From Chrysomallon squamiferum (Eukaryota > Animalia > Mollusca), in the NCBI GenBank assembly GCA_012295275.1, contig CM022679.1:23932001-23996000 (forward strand): 64,000 nt of DNA. Direction: 5' to 3'. Shown here in pieces: positions 41,000-53,853 of this stretch. The translations under genes were made by a program, and so were the position numbers. The notes under the pieces were generated by a model that was given only the letters and a program-made list of their open reading frames with translations, was not told where the DNA came from and did not search any database. Numbering within the stretch: the first letter of the stretch is position 1; every line of letters starts with the position of its first letter.

Positions 41000-41105
41000 T
41001 TTTTTCTTCTTAATTTTGCAGAAGCCTGCAGTAGATGAGTAAATTTTCTGATTGGCGTTTTGTATTTTCTTTATTGCTGCATGTTGGGCTGACAATTTCA
41101 AGACC
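41000..41105 (-). pseudogene. PRPF31: PRPF31 last exon relic
   Basis: tctag|GLEIVSP(+1 fs)HAAIKKIQNANQKIYSSTAGFCKIKK resembles GLEIVNPQAAEKKVAEANQKYFSSMAEFLKVK. Confidence 0.85.
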
Positions 41106-41326
41106 CTAGAAAAAGATAAGCATTCGAGAAGACAACACAAACAAATAAAAATGCATCGCAAAAGCAGTAAAATTAATTTTCCATCCTAATTTTGGTATTT
41201 TATTTTATTTTATTCATTCATTTATTTATTTGTTACATATTTCTATTCTTTTTATTTATTTGTTTTTATTATTATAATTTTTTTTTTATCCCATATTTGC
41301 TCGAGCTGAATGTATAGAAAACCTAC

Positions 41327-41385
41327 CTGCAGTCGTACTGCCGTCCCAGAAATTTTTAACTGCTTGCATAAATTTATGCAGTGTT
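41327..41385 (-). pseudogene. PRPF31: PRPF31 penultimate exon relic
   Basis: KQLKISGTAVRLQ|gtaggt resembles SSGTASSVAFTPLQ| with a deletion. Confidence 0.55.
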
Positions 41386-41396
41386 CGGGAGAGAGA

Positions 41397-41431
<35 letters not shown>

Positions 41432-41889
41432 ATAATAATAAAATAATAAATTAAAAAATATATATATAAATTTTTTTAAAAAAACCATAACTCCCCCAAA
41501 CAAACAAACAAACAAAAATTACAGCATCAACATATGTTGTATCAAAATATATTATCATTAGCAGGTGGAGTGACAACAGAAAAAAACTATATCTTAAAAA
41601 TGTTGATAAAATGTTGATTTAAAAACCTGAGGCTCAACAAATGAAAATATTCTTTTTTGTCTTGGTAAAAAATTTTGCCTATTTTCTAACAATGGCTCAA
41701 TAGAAAATTCAATTTAAAAATTTATATATATACAAATAACGAACATTTTCTGAAAACAGACGTGTAAAATAATTTTAAATTTATTTACTTTCTTTTATTT
41801 ACTATAGTCTTGTTAGAATCAACGGGTTTTGGACCAAATGTTAAAAAGTAAAACTTTTGCATATTTTCTGATGCTGATTTAAACATTTT

Positions 41890-41999
41890 CTGAATATAAA
41901 AGATAACATTAGTCTTGGCATCAACGACATTGTGCCTGATGCTGATTTGTACAGTGTACAAGACAAAAGCCAACATCTTCCTGATATACATTTTGCTGC
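41890..41999 (-). pseudogene. PRPF31: PRPF31 C-terminal-region exon relic
   Basis: NVYQEDVGFCLVH / KSASG / VVDAKT resembles DAYQEDLGFSLGHLGKSGSG...VNEATK across frameshifts. Confidence 0.75.
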
Positions 42000-42118
42000 C
42001 TATATATTAATTTAATTAATATGTTCACTTATCTGAACAATGTCAGATTAATATTCTGTTACATGAAATCATTGGTAATACACAAGAGTTTACAGAATTC
42101 AGTAATTATTCAGTTTAC

Positions 42119-42259
42119 ATTATTCAGCTTTCTCTGGTGGAAACTCAGTCTTTTTGGCAATGTTGAGAATGGCTGTTGAAAACGCTTGCAATGTACGCTT
42201 CAGTGCTCCAAAAACGAGAATGTTACATTTTTGACAAGCATGTAGACATTCTGTAATAT
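42119..42259 (-). pseudogene. PRPF31: PRPF31 Nop-domain exon relic
   Basis: After an aatttcag acceptor: ...LSKM / CNILVFGALKRTLQAFSTAIL...PP, similar to [29 protein letters not shown]...LPP with internal deletions. Confidence 0.75.
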
Positions 42260-43414
42260 CTGAAATTAAATTAATAAATAATAAAAGAAGAAATATAATG
42301 CTGGTAGCATTAAGTAAAAAAATATAAATGCACACCTTGTACTAAAGACTCCTATAAAATACCGTATATAAATTAAATAAAATAAAATATAAATAAAGAA
42401 ATAAAGAAAGAAAGAAATAACTTTTACAAATATATAATTTACATGTATTTATCGAAGTAAATTCAGTACACAAAACAGTCGAAATTTATCTCGGCATCAT
42501 ATCTTGACACTAAGTACATACGTGTATAATACATGTAATATTATGGCGAGTTTGTTTCTTTCTGATTTAACCAATAAATTTGAGGTGCCAGAATCGAAGG
42601 GGAAAAAAAGACAACTTAGATCTTCGCCATGGGTTAAAAGTAAGATGAGCATTTCTCCCATGTTGCCCACCTCCCCTACGCCTGATCCCTGATGTTACTC
42701 AGTTTATGTCCGATAAAGAAAATAATTTGAAAAGTTCCTTTTTAAAGTGATGAAAGAAACTATTTAATAATAAAAATCATATAACATAAAATAATTTAAA
42801 AAAACATGAAATTAAAAACTGTGATAATAATAAACACTCGAGATTGATTAACACTGTAAGAGTTTATAAAACGTATATCTTGATGAATATGATTTTGAAA
42901 TTTTTTCGCTGTCTTTGAGATTGTCTATGTTCATAATGAACTGAAGCTGACGTTTGACTGGTTACAGTGAGCGTTTAGTCTTTTTGGGACGACAAGCTTC
43001 GCCGAAGCAACTGAATAACTGATAAATCGTAGGAAACAGGTTGAGTCGAAAAGCAAAGTAATTTACAAGTATTATGTAACTTATAGCTTATATCTACGAC
43101 AAACATTCTACTGAATATTTTGCTAAAGTTTGTTGTTCTGAAGCTGTTTTGAGATATATTAAAAAAGTAACATGAAACTGTTTTTTAATTTATTTGTGAA
43201 ATCAACCAATTTTTCCTTGTTATAACTGTACTATGGTGATATTTCGTTAAATCATTTGTCACTAATTGACATGCGAACGTGATACTGTGTAGTTGAAAGC
43301 GCATGCGTATAGAACCGTTAACCTAGTATCGTGAGGTATGAAATAAACAAAATGAAATTACACTCGCGGGTGTAAGTGATCTGTTGTTACACAGTGAATA
43401 GTTGGTAGCTTTCA

Positions 43415-43454
<40 letters not shown>

Positions 43455-43480
43455 TAATAATAATAATAATAATAACAACA

Positions 43481-44101
43481 ACAACAAAACATGTGATGAG
43501 TCACATTCTTCCTCTATTGACAGAAACTCTTGGAAAACCAAATTAGAAATATCAAAGTTGGTTTTACAATTCAAATTAATTATCTGTTTATTAGTAACCA
43601 TCCTAAAACGATCAAAACGCATTCAATGATCATAAACATTACTGCTGTTGTATATTGTATATACATAGAATAAATAACGACAATTTATTTATTAAATTGA
43701 ACACTCTTTTAAAAATGGTCTTTTAAGATCTAAACCAGCAGCTGCACACAAAAAGAATTAACTTTTAGCAATGTATAATTTACATGTATTTGTCGAAGTA
43801 AATTCAGTGCCCGAAACAACAGAAATTTATCTAGTCATGATATCTTGCCACTACGTATATATGTGTATAATACATATAACATTATGATGCATTTGTTCCT
43901 TTCTGATTTAGCGAATAAACAACAATTTACGAACTAAAGTCAAATGGACAATATTAAGTCCATAATCAAACAATCAAAATTTGAGATATCTACATATTAA
44001 TGGGTATTTTTAATGTGTAGGCTCACGTTTCTATATAATATTAAATGATGGATATTTGTAATAATACCAACACTAATAATTCAATCCATGCAATCAATTT
44101 A

Positions 44102-44132
<31 letters not shown>

Positions 44133-44320
44133 CTGTTATGGTTCATAGATGCTGTGTTAACGTTTCCGACTGCCAGTTTTTAAACTTTCTCACTACTCTA
44201 TCTCTCAAACAAACAGACTCCAGAACAAACAAACCTACACATATATATACATGTTAAAAAAATGTTAATAAAATAAAAGGAAAAAACATAAAATAAACTT
44301 TTTGAATTATTATATAATTA

Positions 44321-44355
<35 letters not shown>

Positions 44356-45425
44356 ATTTTAAATAAATATATTTTGGAAGAATTGGAATAATTAATGTTG
44401 CTCTATGATATTTTTCTCTTCCACTGCATTTATATACATCTTTCTGACCTGAAGAAACATTATATTTCTTATGCTACTACTACTGCTACTACTACTACTA
44501 CTACTACTACTACTAATAATAATAATAATCATAATAAAAATAATAAACAATAATGGTGATTATGGTAACACAACACCAACAACATTAGTAAATGAATGAA
44601 TGAATGAATGAATTAAAGTATTAAATAATTAATAACTTGGAAGACCACTGCAAGAGTTACGCATTTTGATAAGTCCCTTAACATAAGTAAGTAAAGCATG
44701 AATAGTTTTTTTTTTTTTTTTTTTTTAATAATATCATGTATGTTGTTCTGAACAAGCAGCAGTTAAATTGTTATATTAAAGTAGTTTTATATGAATAGTA
44801 GCTCTTTGAATACATATTTCTTCGGGAAATAAACAATAAAAATCACTACCACCACCAAAAAACAATGAGATGAACAAACCTAAATCCGCGTTTTTTGGCA
44901 TTATTATACATTATTTTAATATAAAGATATAAAGGATATTCTGTTAAACTAGCTAATTAAAATCTGCTAAATAAGAACGAAAATAAGCAACGGAATAACA
45001 ACTATGTCAGAAAAAAAAAAAAAAAAAAAAAAAAGACTACAACAATAAAAACAACAACAACAACAAACAAACAATAAACATGAACAACAATAATAATAAT
45101 ATAATTAACATAATTACTGTTACGTTTGAAGGGTAGTGCAAACCATATTTTTTTGACAAAGCACAAAGATGTATAACATATTCATTGTCACATGTATTTT
45201 TTGGTTAAAAGGTAGCACTTCCCGAGAACTGAACACTGCTCTGTTAAATTCATAGTTCATATGTAAGAGGACTTTGTATAAATATTTCTCTGGGAAATAA
45301 ATAATAGCAATTATGCTTATTAGCAACTCCTAACAACAGCACCCATCGACTTGGAGATACGAAAAACAAAAACGTTACCGCTATTTTATTACATCATAAT
45401 GCATTGCAACTACATCTAGATCTTT
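43481..45425 (+). repeat. Recent local duplication, copy 1
   Basis: Near-identical over about 2 kb to 47399-49627; the ORF track even shows twin spurious ORFs at 44045/47966 and 45120/49317. Confidence 0.92.
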
Positions 45426-45586
45426 AAAGAAAACTATTTTGACTAACAATATTAAGACAGGTTGAATAGGCTCATCCATCATCCAAAATACTTGGAGCTG
45501 AAGCATTACAGATTTCAGAATATAAGGAGATAGTCTTATAATATGTTACAAGCGTAAACGCAAAATCAATATATTTAAGCATCTGG

Positions 45587-45653
<67 letters not shown>

Positions 45654-47314
45654 TATGAGGCCAAATGCTTAAGGATATTCAAAGTATATTGACATAAAAA
45701 CTACACTTGGTTGATCTCGATTGCATTCTTTAACTCATGATGATAGCATTATAATGTAGAGAATTCTCTGTTACCAGACATTCTCTCTTTTCTTTTGAAC
45801 TATATTTCACCCAGCCACACTAATACACACAAACACGTAACCAATACAGACATACCATTACTGTCCTGGTTCCTTAAGATAGCCTGGGTGACAGTCCCGT
45901 TTTGGAGGAATTTCCCAAGTATTTTAAGTCTAATCAAGAGAAGAAAACTTCTGATGCCTTAATATTGCATAATTAACATATACACGATTACAAAGGCATG
46001 AATTTCTGATTTCATTGGTTACATTAATATTTATGATATGTAATCTAAAATTTAATACAAATAACAGATTTCAAAAATAAAATAAAATGTATCAACAACA
46101 ACTGACAGGAATCTTTTCAGCAATATCTTCATTTTTACAGTAAACATTGTAATAATTCTTCTTTCAGTTTCAGTCTACTATCTTCTTTAATAAAAATTAA
46201 TAAGTTATTATGCACACAGCTTCACAAAAATAAATGACAAATAATAAAATACAAATACAGTTTGGAAGAATTTTAGGAAGAAATTATTTTTCTATATGAT
46301 TCGTTTCTTTCTTCCACGGTATTTTTAAGCACATTTCTGACATCAAGAAACATAATTCTTTAGAGCATGATATCGGAACAACAACAACAACAACAACCAC
46401 AACCACAGCAACGACAATAAAATAAAAAAATAAAAAAATAAAAGTTTTAAATCATTCATAACTTTGAAGACTCCAGCAAAATTTACATATTTCGATAAGC
46501 ACTTTATACGTTGTTCTGAACAAGTAGCAGTTATCGGGGAATCTTACATGAATAATAGCTCTTAATGTACGAATTTCTGCGTGAAATAAATAGTAAAACG
46601 TTTGCCGAACCGTTTTGTATATCAGTCGCTCCTGACAACTATTCCGAGGTAAAAAAGACACAAACACAACAGGTTGACCCTTGAACGCTATTGCAAGATT
46701 TATATATTTCGGTATACCACTTAATCTACATAAATAAGTCAGGTAACAATGATCACTTACAGTGACTTCAGCAAGATATACATATTTTGATAAAGTATTT
46801 ATTGTCATGTAATGTGTCGCATATACGTTGTTCTGAACAAGTAGCAGTTCCCGGGAAACACTACTACTGTTTTACATGAGTAACAGCAATTTGTATACGT
46901 ATTTCTCCGAGAAAAATAAAACATAGTTAAAACGGTGCTGATTCATTTTGCTTATGAGTCACTTCTGAAACTACCGCGAGGTATGAAAGAGACAAACACT
47001 ACAAGGTGACTGTTTAAGATTGTTGCATGATTTATATATTTTGATAAACCACTTAACCTACATAAATAAGTCAGGTAACAATGATCACTTAGCGTGCTTA
47101 CCGCACAGACTTGCCGTAAGGACTTCCCAGAAAAACAAAGAGAAAGAAAAAAAATATCTATGAGAGACAGAGAGAGAAACATTAATCCGCATATTTAGCA
47201 CTATTCTATATTATTTTCTGCATGTAGTATAGAGGATGTTCTGTTAATCTACCTTATTAAAACCTGCTAAATAAAAATGAAAAGAAAACATACGTAATAG
47301 CAATAAAACATATC

Positions 47315-47373
<59 letters not shown>

Positions 47374-47398
47374 TAATAATAATAACAATAACAACAAC

Positions 47399-48400
47399 AA
47401 CAAAAGATGTGATGTGTCACATGCTTCCTCTTTTGACAGAAACTCTTGGAAAACCAAATTAGAAATATCAAATTTGGTTTTTGCCAATTCAATTAATTAT
47501 CTGTTTATTAGTAACCATCCTAAAACGATCAAAACGTATTCAATGATCATAAACATTACTGCTGTTGTATATTGTATATAAATTATAGAATAAATAATGA
47601 CAATTTATTTATTAAATTGAAAACTCTTTTAAAAATGGTCTTTTAAGATCTAAACCAGCAGCTGCACACAAAAAGAAATAACTTTTAGCAATGTATAATT
47701 TACATGTATTTGTCGAAGTAAATTCAGTGCCCGAAACAACAGAAATGTATCTAGTCATGATATCTTGCCACTACGTATATATGTGTATAATACATATAAC
47801 ATTATGGTGCATTTGTTCCTTTCTGATTTAGCGAATAAACAACAATTTGCGAACTAAAGTCAAATGGACAATATTAGGTCCATAATCAAACAATCAAAAT
47901 TTGAGATATCTACATATTAATGGGTATTTTTTAATGTGTAGGCTCACGTTTCTATACAATATTAAATGATGGATATTTGTAATAATACCAACACTAATAA
48001 TTCAATCCATGCAATCAATTTAATTGTGTGTGTGTGTGTGTTTGCGTGTGTGTGTGTGTGTGTGTGTGTTATGGTTCATAGATGCTGTGTTAACGTTTCC
48101 GACTGCCAGTTTTTAAACTTTCTCACTACTCTATCTCTCAAACAAACAGACTCCAGAACAAACAAACCTACACATATATATATACATGTTAAAAAAATGT
48201 TAATAAAATAAAAGGAAAAAACATAAAATAAATTTTTAGAATTATTATATAATTATAAATAAATAAATAAATAAATAAATATATTTTGGAAGAATTGTAG
48301 GAATAATTAATGTTGCTCTATGATATTTTTCTCTTCCACGGCATTTATATACATCTTTCTGACCTGAAGAAACATTATATTTCTTATGCCACTACTACTG

Positions 48401-48442
<42 letters not shown>

Positions 48443-49627
48443 ATAATAATAATAATAATAATAAACAATAATGGTGATTATGGTAACACAACACCAACAA
48501 CATTAGTAAATGAATGAATGAATTAAAGTATTAAATAATTAATAACTTGGAAGACCACTGCAAGAGTTACGCATTTTGATAAGGCCCTTAACATAAGTAA
48601 GTAAAGCATGAATAGTTTCTTTTTTCTTCTTTTTTTAATAATATCATGTATGTTGTTCTGAACAAGCAGCAGTTAAATTGCTATATTAAAGTAGTTTTAT
48701 ATGAATAGTAGCTCTTTGTATACATATTTCTTCGGGAAATAAACAATAAAAATTGTGCTGAACCGTTTTTTTTTTTTATTAGTCGCCCCTGACAACTACT
48801 CCCAGGTAGGAATGAGACAAAAACAATCAGGTTGACTTTTGAAAGCTATTGCAGTATTTATATATTTTGATAAAGCACATAACGTACACAAATAGTCAGG
48901 TAAAGTGATCACTTAGAATAGTTACAGCACAGACTTGCCGTATGGATCTCACACGAGAAGAAAAAAAACAACCGAAAACAACGATAACAATAAAAATATT
49001 TAAAAAAAGGAAAAAATCAAAAATCACTACCACCACCAAAAAACAATGAGATCAACAAACATAAATCCGCGTTTTTTGGCATTATTATACATTATTTTAA
49101 TATAAAGATATAAAGGATATTCTGTTAAACTAGCTAATTAAAATCTGCTAAATAAGAACGAAAATAAGCAACGGAATAACAACTAACGTAGAAAAAAACA
49201 AACAAATAAAAAAAAAACATAAAAAAAATAAAAATAAAAACAACAACAACAAACAAACAATAAACAAGAACAACATTAATAATACATTAATAATAATATA
49301 ATTAACATAATTACTATTACGCTTGAAGGGTGGTGCAAAATATATATTTTTTGACAAAGCACAAAGATTGTTTCATGTATAACATATTCATTGTTACATG
49401 TATTTTTGGGTTAAAAGGTTGCACTTCCCGAGAACTGAACACTACTCTGTTAAATTCATAGTTCATATGTAAGAGGCCTTTGTATAAATATTTCTCTGGG
49501 AAATAAATAATAGCAATCATGCTTATTAGCAACTCCTAACAACAGCACCCAGCGACTTGGAGATACGAAAAACAAAAACGTTACCGCTATTTTATTACAT
49601 CATAATGCATTGCAACTACATCTAGAT
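47399..49627 (+). repeat. Recent local duplication, copy 2
   Basis: Matches 43481-45425 but carries an extra ~270 bp (about 48752-49020). Confidence 0.92.
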
Positions 49628-50022
49628 CATATGTAAGAGGTCTTTGTATAAATATTACATAGATATTAAAGATTACAGCTAAACCAATGGAAGGAGAGGT
49701 CAAAGACTCTAGAAAGAAAGGCTGCATATAATCGAAAACGAACGTAAGAATAAAATGTGTGTTGAATGATTTTATGGCATGAGTTTAAAATATTTTGTTA
49801 AAGGCTCAGTTTTATTAAAATAAAACAAAATAACAATACATACAATTAGATGTTTACTTTTATGTTGGTGACAATGGCTTGGTTATATAATATTTTATCA
49901 TTTTATCATTTTCTAATGTGTCTAGAATGAGAAGTGACTTCTCTCTATTTTTCTAGCCTAGCATGAACCCTGTAATGTTCAGAATAATGTATTAAAGAAA
50001 GCAACAACGTGCATTGACCTAC

Positions 50023-50081
50023 CACTGTCTCTGCTTGAAGTCTTGGAATATTTCCATATAATTATCCATGATCTTAGCCAG
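50023..50081 (-). pseudogene. PRPF31: PRPF31 second coding exon relic (disabled)
   Basis: LAKIMDN / IWKYSKTSSRDS resembles FAEIMMKIEEYISKQ. The acceptor reads tttg instead of ag, there is a frameshift, and the gtaggt donor is retained. Confidence 0.75.
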
Positions 50082-50292
50082 CAAAATGGCAGGGAAAAGA
50101 AGAAATAATAAATAAAATATATTTAATATTATTATCATTAAAAGTGTTATAGTCTTAGAAACAATATTGAAACCATCTACATGTTCCTGTGAAGACTGAA
50201 GGACACGTTTATTGCATATACTCATTTCAGCACAGCTATAGTTGAACCAATACATATTTATTACATGTATCTGTCTTACAGACTGTTTTCAC

Positions 50293-50463
50293 CTCTTTAC
50301 TGTCTCTCAGTTTGTCCACACAGCTGATTGAGGAGTACTGTTTATCCAGATCCATGGAAACCTCTTCCACATCGGCAATCTCAGCCTGGACCTCTTCTTC
50401 ATCTTGTTCAACATCTTCACCCCCTTCCTCTAGATCAGCAAGCAATTCATCTGCTAAAAACAT
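50293..50463 (-). pseudogene. PRPF31: PRPF31 first coding exon relic (57 codons, open)
   Basis: MFLADELLADLEEGGEDVEQ...VDKLRDSKE|gtgaaa versus human MSLADELLADLEE...AKLWDSKM, with the intron at the same position. Upstream ttcag acceptor at 50478-50480. Confidence 0.9.
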
Positions 50464-51340
50464 GCTAACTTAATTTTCTGAAATAAAGTGAACGTTAAAC
50501 TAGTCCTTTTAAGGAACGGATTTACTGGTTCATTGATAAATTACTCGACATACAGGCAGGAATGACAGAATTTAATATAAATAATAAAAATGATTTTCCA
50601 TGTAAATAATATTTTTGGTTAAAATCATTTCCATTACATGTATTCAAATAAAATGCTAAAAGTGAAGGTGATTTTGTTTCCTTTAGATGTCCTAAATTAA
50701 AATAAAATATTAAACCTGATTGTATCAATGAGTTTTTACTTTATAATAATAATAATAATAATGATGATGATGATGATGATGATGATAATAATAATAATAA
50801 TAATAATAAATTCTGATATTATAGAATAATATCTATATCACAGTATGTAATGTGTGAATGCTTTTTATACTGGTGAAAGAAACTAAAATTCCAAAGAAAA
50901 TATCATCAAACATAAGATAAAATTTAACGTTTGATAAACTCTCGATACTGAATAACACTGATATTATTTTTAAAAATCATGCAGTATATTGCAATAAATA
51001 TCTTTTCTAATTTTTGTAACTCTGTCTTTGAGCTTTACTATTGTACATAATCATAATAACGTTAATGGCGACCAATGGAGCAAGTGTAAGATAAGCACTT
51101 TTGATTAGGTCTACTGATAGAGGTTTTACTTAATATTTATACTACAGTTATTATAAAACGAGGGACATTTTGAACGATCACCGGTGAATGACTCTTAAAC
51201 CGTTAGAATTTTACTACAACTTGTTATTGTTCAGCTATTTCAAATATATAAAAATAAACAAATTTTTCCTTATAATGATCATGCTATCAGTCTGCTATGG
51301 ATTGAAATTGTGTAAGGTACACCTCGTTACAAATATATTT

Positions 51341-51343
<3 letters not shown>

Positions 51344-51435
<92 letters not shown>

Positions 51436-51441
51436 GCAGTC

Positions 51442-51485
<44 letters not shown>
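51344..51485. repeat. (GA)n and (GT)n microsatellites
   Basis: Direct reading. Confidence 0.95.
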
Positions 51486-51486
<1 letters not shown>

Positions 51487-53117
51487 TATCTAGGGGTAGG
51501 GGCCCCACAATACCTGTAACGGTTTGAAGTTAAAGTGTTGCAGTCATATACTAACGTTGTTAATTTAAGACCTCTACTCTTTTTAAAATAAAATTTAAAA
51601 AAAATATTAACCTATTACATTGTATTTCTTCTTTAGCTTATTGTTTTTATTATTTTTTTTTTAACTTTGTAAGTTCACGTACTATCTATATTAGACGTTT
51701 TCAATCAGAAACATTATTCGTTTCTCAGCAGTACAGACGCATTTTATCAGTTTTTATTTTGTCACAGTATTATGACGTAGAAAAAAACCGCAGTCTGAAG
51801 ATACACAAATGGTAAACTTTAACAACAATAAAATATTTTGTCTGGAGGCTGAGGTGCGTCTAGATTAAGATCACCTGAGCAACATCCGGTCAGCCCGTAT
51901 GTGAATCCGATGTTGATTCCAACACAACAATATTGTTATAATCAAGATATATATATATTTTCCATTACTGCATTGTTCACCGGTCTTCTATATATTAAAA
52001 TTCAAATTATCCATGGTTCAGTTTATTTATTATGTATTAGAAGCTGGATTTTATTAAACGAGTGAATTAAAATGTATTTGAACCCTTCTACCGTCTAAAA
52101 AAGAAGAAAACAAAAACAAACAAACAAACAAACAACAACAACAACAACAAAAGAAAAATAAATATCTAGACCTCTTCCTTCTCTGTTATAATATAGAACT
52201 TCTAAATAGCTTTGTTTTACAAAATTAAACTATTACTACCGCACTAATACCACTGCTGCTGCTGCTAACACAACAAAAGGCCAAGAAATAAATACATAAA
52301 TAAATAAAGAACGAAACAAATAATTAAAAAAAAGAATCCATCAGTAATTATGATATTGGCTAAGGGGATTAACTGATTTTGGGACAAGCTTCGCTGGAAC
52401 AATTGAATAACTGACAAACCATAGGAAACAGGTTGATTCGACAAGTACAGTAATTTACACAGTATTTGGTAACCTTGTAGCTTTCGTCTACTGAATATTT
52501 TGCAACAATTTATTGTTCTGAAGCTATTTTGAGATATGTGAAAAAGGTAATATAAAACTGAGAGAGAGATAGAGAGTTTTCACGTTATATTTTATCTTTG
52601 TATTATGTCTTAGTTGTATTTTATTTTATTTATTATTATCTCATATACGTTGTTCTGAACAAATAGCAGTTATCGGGGAATCACCACTACTGTGTTAAAT
52701 TAGTCTTACATGAAAAATTGCTCTAAAAGTTGTGTTGAACCGTTTTGTTTATTAGTCGCTCCTGAAAATTATTCCGAGGTATGAAAGAGACAAAATAAGA
52801 TGACATTTGAAGGCTATCGCAGGATATATATATTTTGATAAACCACTTAAACTACATAAATAAGTCAGGTAACAATGATCACTTAGCGTGCTTACCGCAC
52901 AGACTTGCCGTAAGGACTTCCCAGAAAATCAAAGAAAATAAATATCTATGAGAGACAGAGAGAGAAACATTATTCCGCATATTTAGCATTATTCTGTAAT
53001 ATTTTCTGCATGTAATATGAAGGATATTCTGATAAACTACCTTATTAAAATCTACTAAATAAAAATGAAAACAAAACAAACGGAATAACAGAAAACTTAA
53101 AAGAATTTTTAAAATGC

Positions 53118-53151
<34 letters not shown>

Positions 53152-53793
53152 GGTAATGATGATGATGATGATGATGTTGAAGTTGATAATAAAAAGAAAC
53201 AAAAAGAAGAAAAAAGAAGAACCACAGCATCAACAACAACAACAACAATATAAATAAATAAATAAGTAAATAAATAAGAACTCTGAAGACTTCAGCAAGA
53301 TTTACATATTTTGATAAAGCATTTAATGTCATGTAATGTGTCGCATATACGTTGTTCTGAACAAGCAGCTATTCCCGGGAATCAGTACTACTGTTTTACA
53401 TGAATAACAGCAATTTGTATACGTATTTCTCCGAGAAAAATAAAACATAGTAAAAACTGTGCTGATTCATTTTGCTTATCAGTAACTTCTGACAGCTACC
53501 GCGAGGTATGAAAGAGACAAACACTACAAGGTGACCGTTTAATGATTTATATATTTTGATAAACCACTTAACCTACATAAATAAGTCAGGTAACAATGAT
53601 CATTTTAAGTGGTTACAGCACAGATTTGCCATAAGGACTTGTCAGAAGGAAAACAAAAATATGAAAAACAAACATTAATCTGCATATTTAGTATTATTCT
53701 ATATTAATTTCTACATGCAATATAAAGGATATTCAAATCTGCTAAATAAGAATGAAGAAAACAAACAGAATAACAACAAACTTAAAGTAATTT

Positions 53794-53853
<60 letters not shown>

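Larger units (their letters stand above)
41000..50463 (-). pseudogene. PRPF31: Fragmented, unprocessed PRPF31 (U4/U6 snRNP Prp31) pseudogene with six exon relics
   Basis: Colinear minus-strand pieces match recalled Prp31 sequence: MFLADELLADLEE...KLRDSKE; LAKIMDN(fs)IWKYSK; LSKM..CNILVFGALKRTLQAFST; VYQEDVGFCL...KSASG...VDAKT; ISGTA..LQ; GLEIVSP(fs)HAAIKKIQNANQKIYSSTAGFCKIK. There are frameshifts and a lost acceptor, and the middle exons were not found. Confidence 0.88.

Noticed and set aside
50236-50463. Functional PRPF31 gene
   Set aside because: The next exon has lost its AG acceptor and is frameshifted, the middle exons are absent, and the 3' exons are disrupted.
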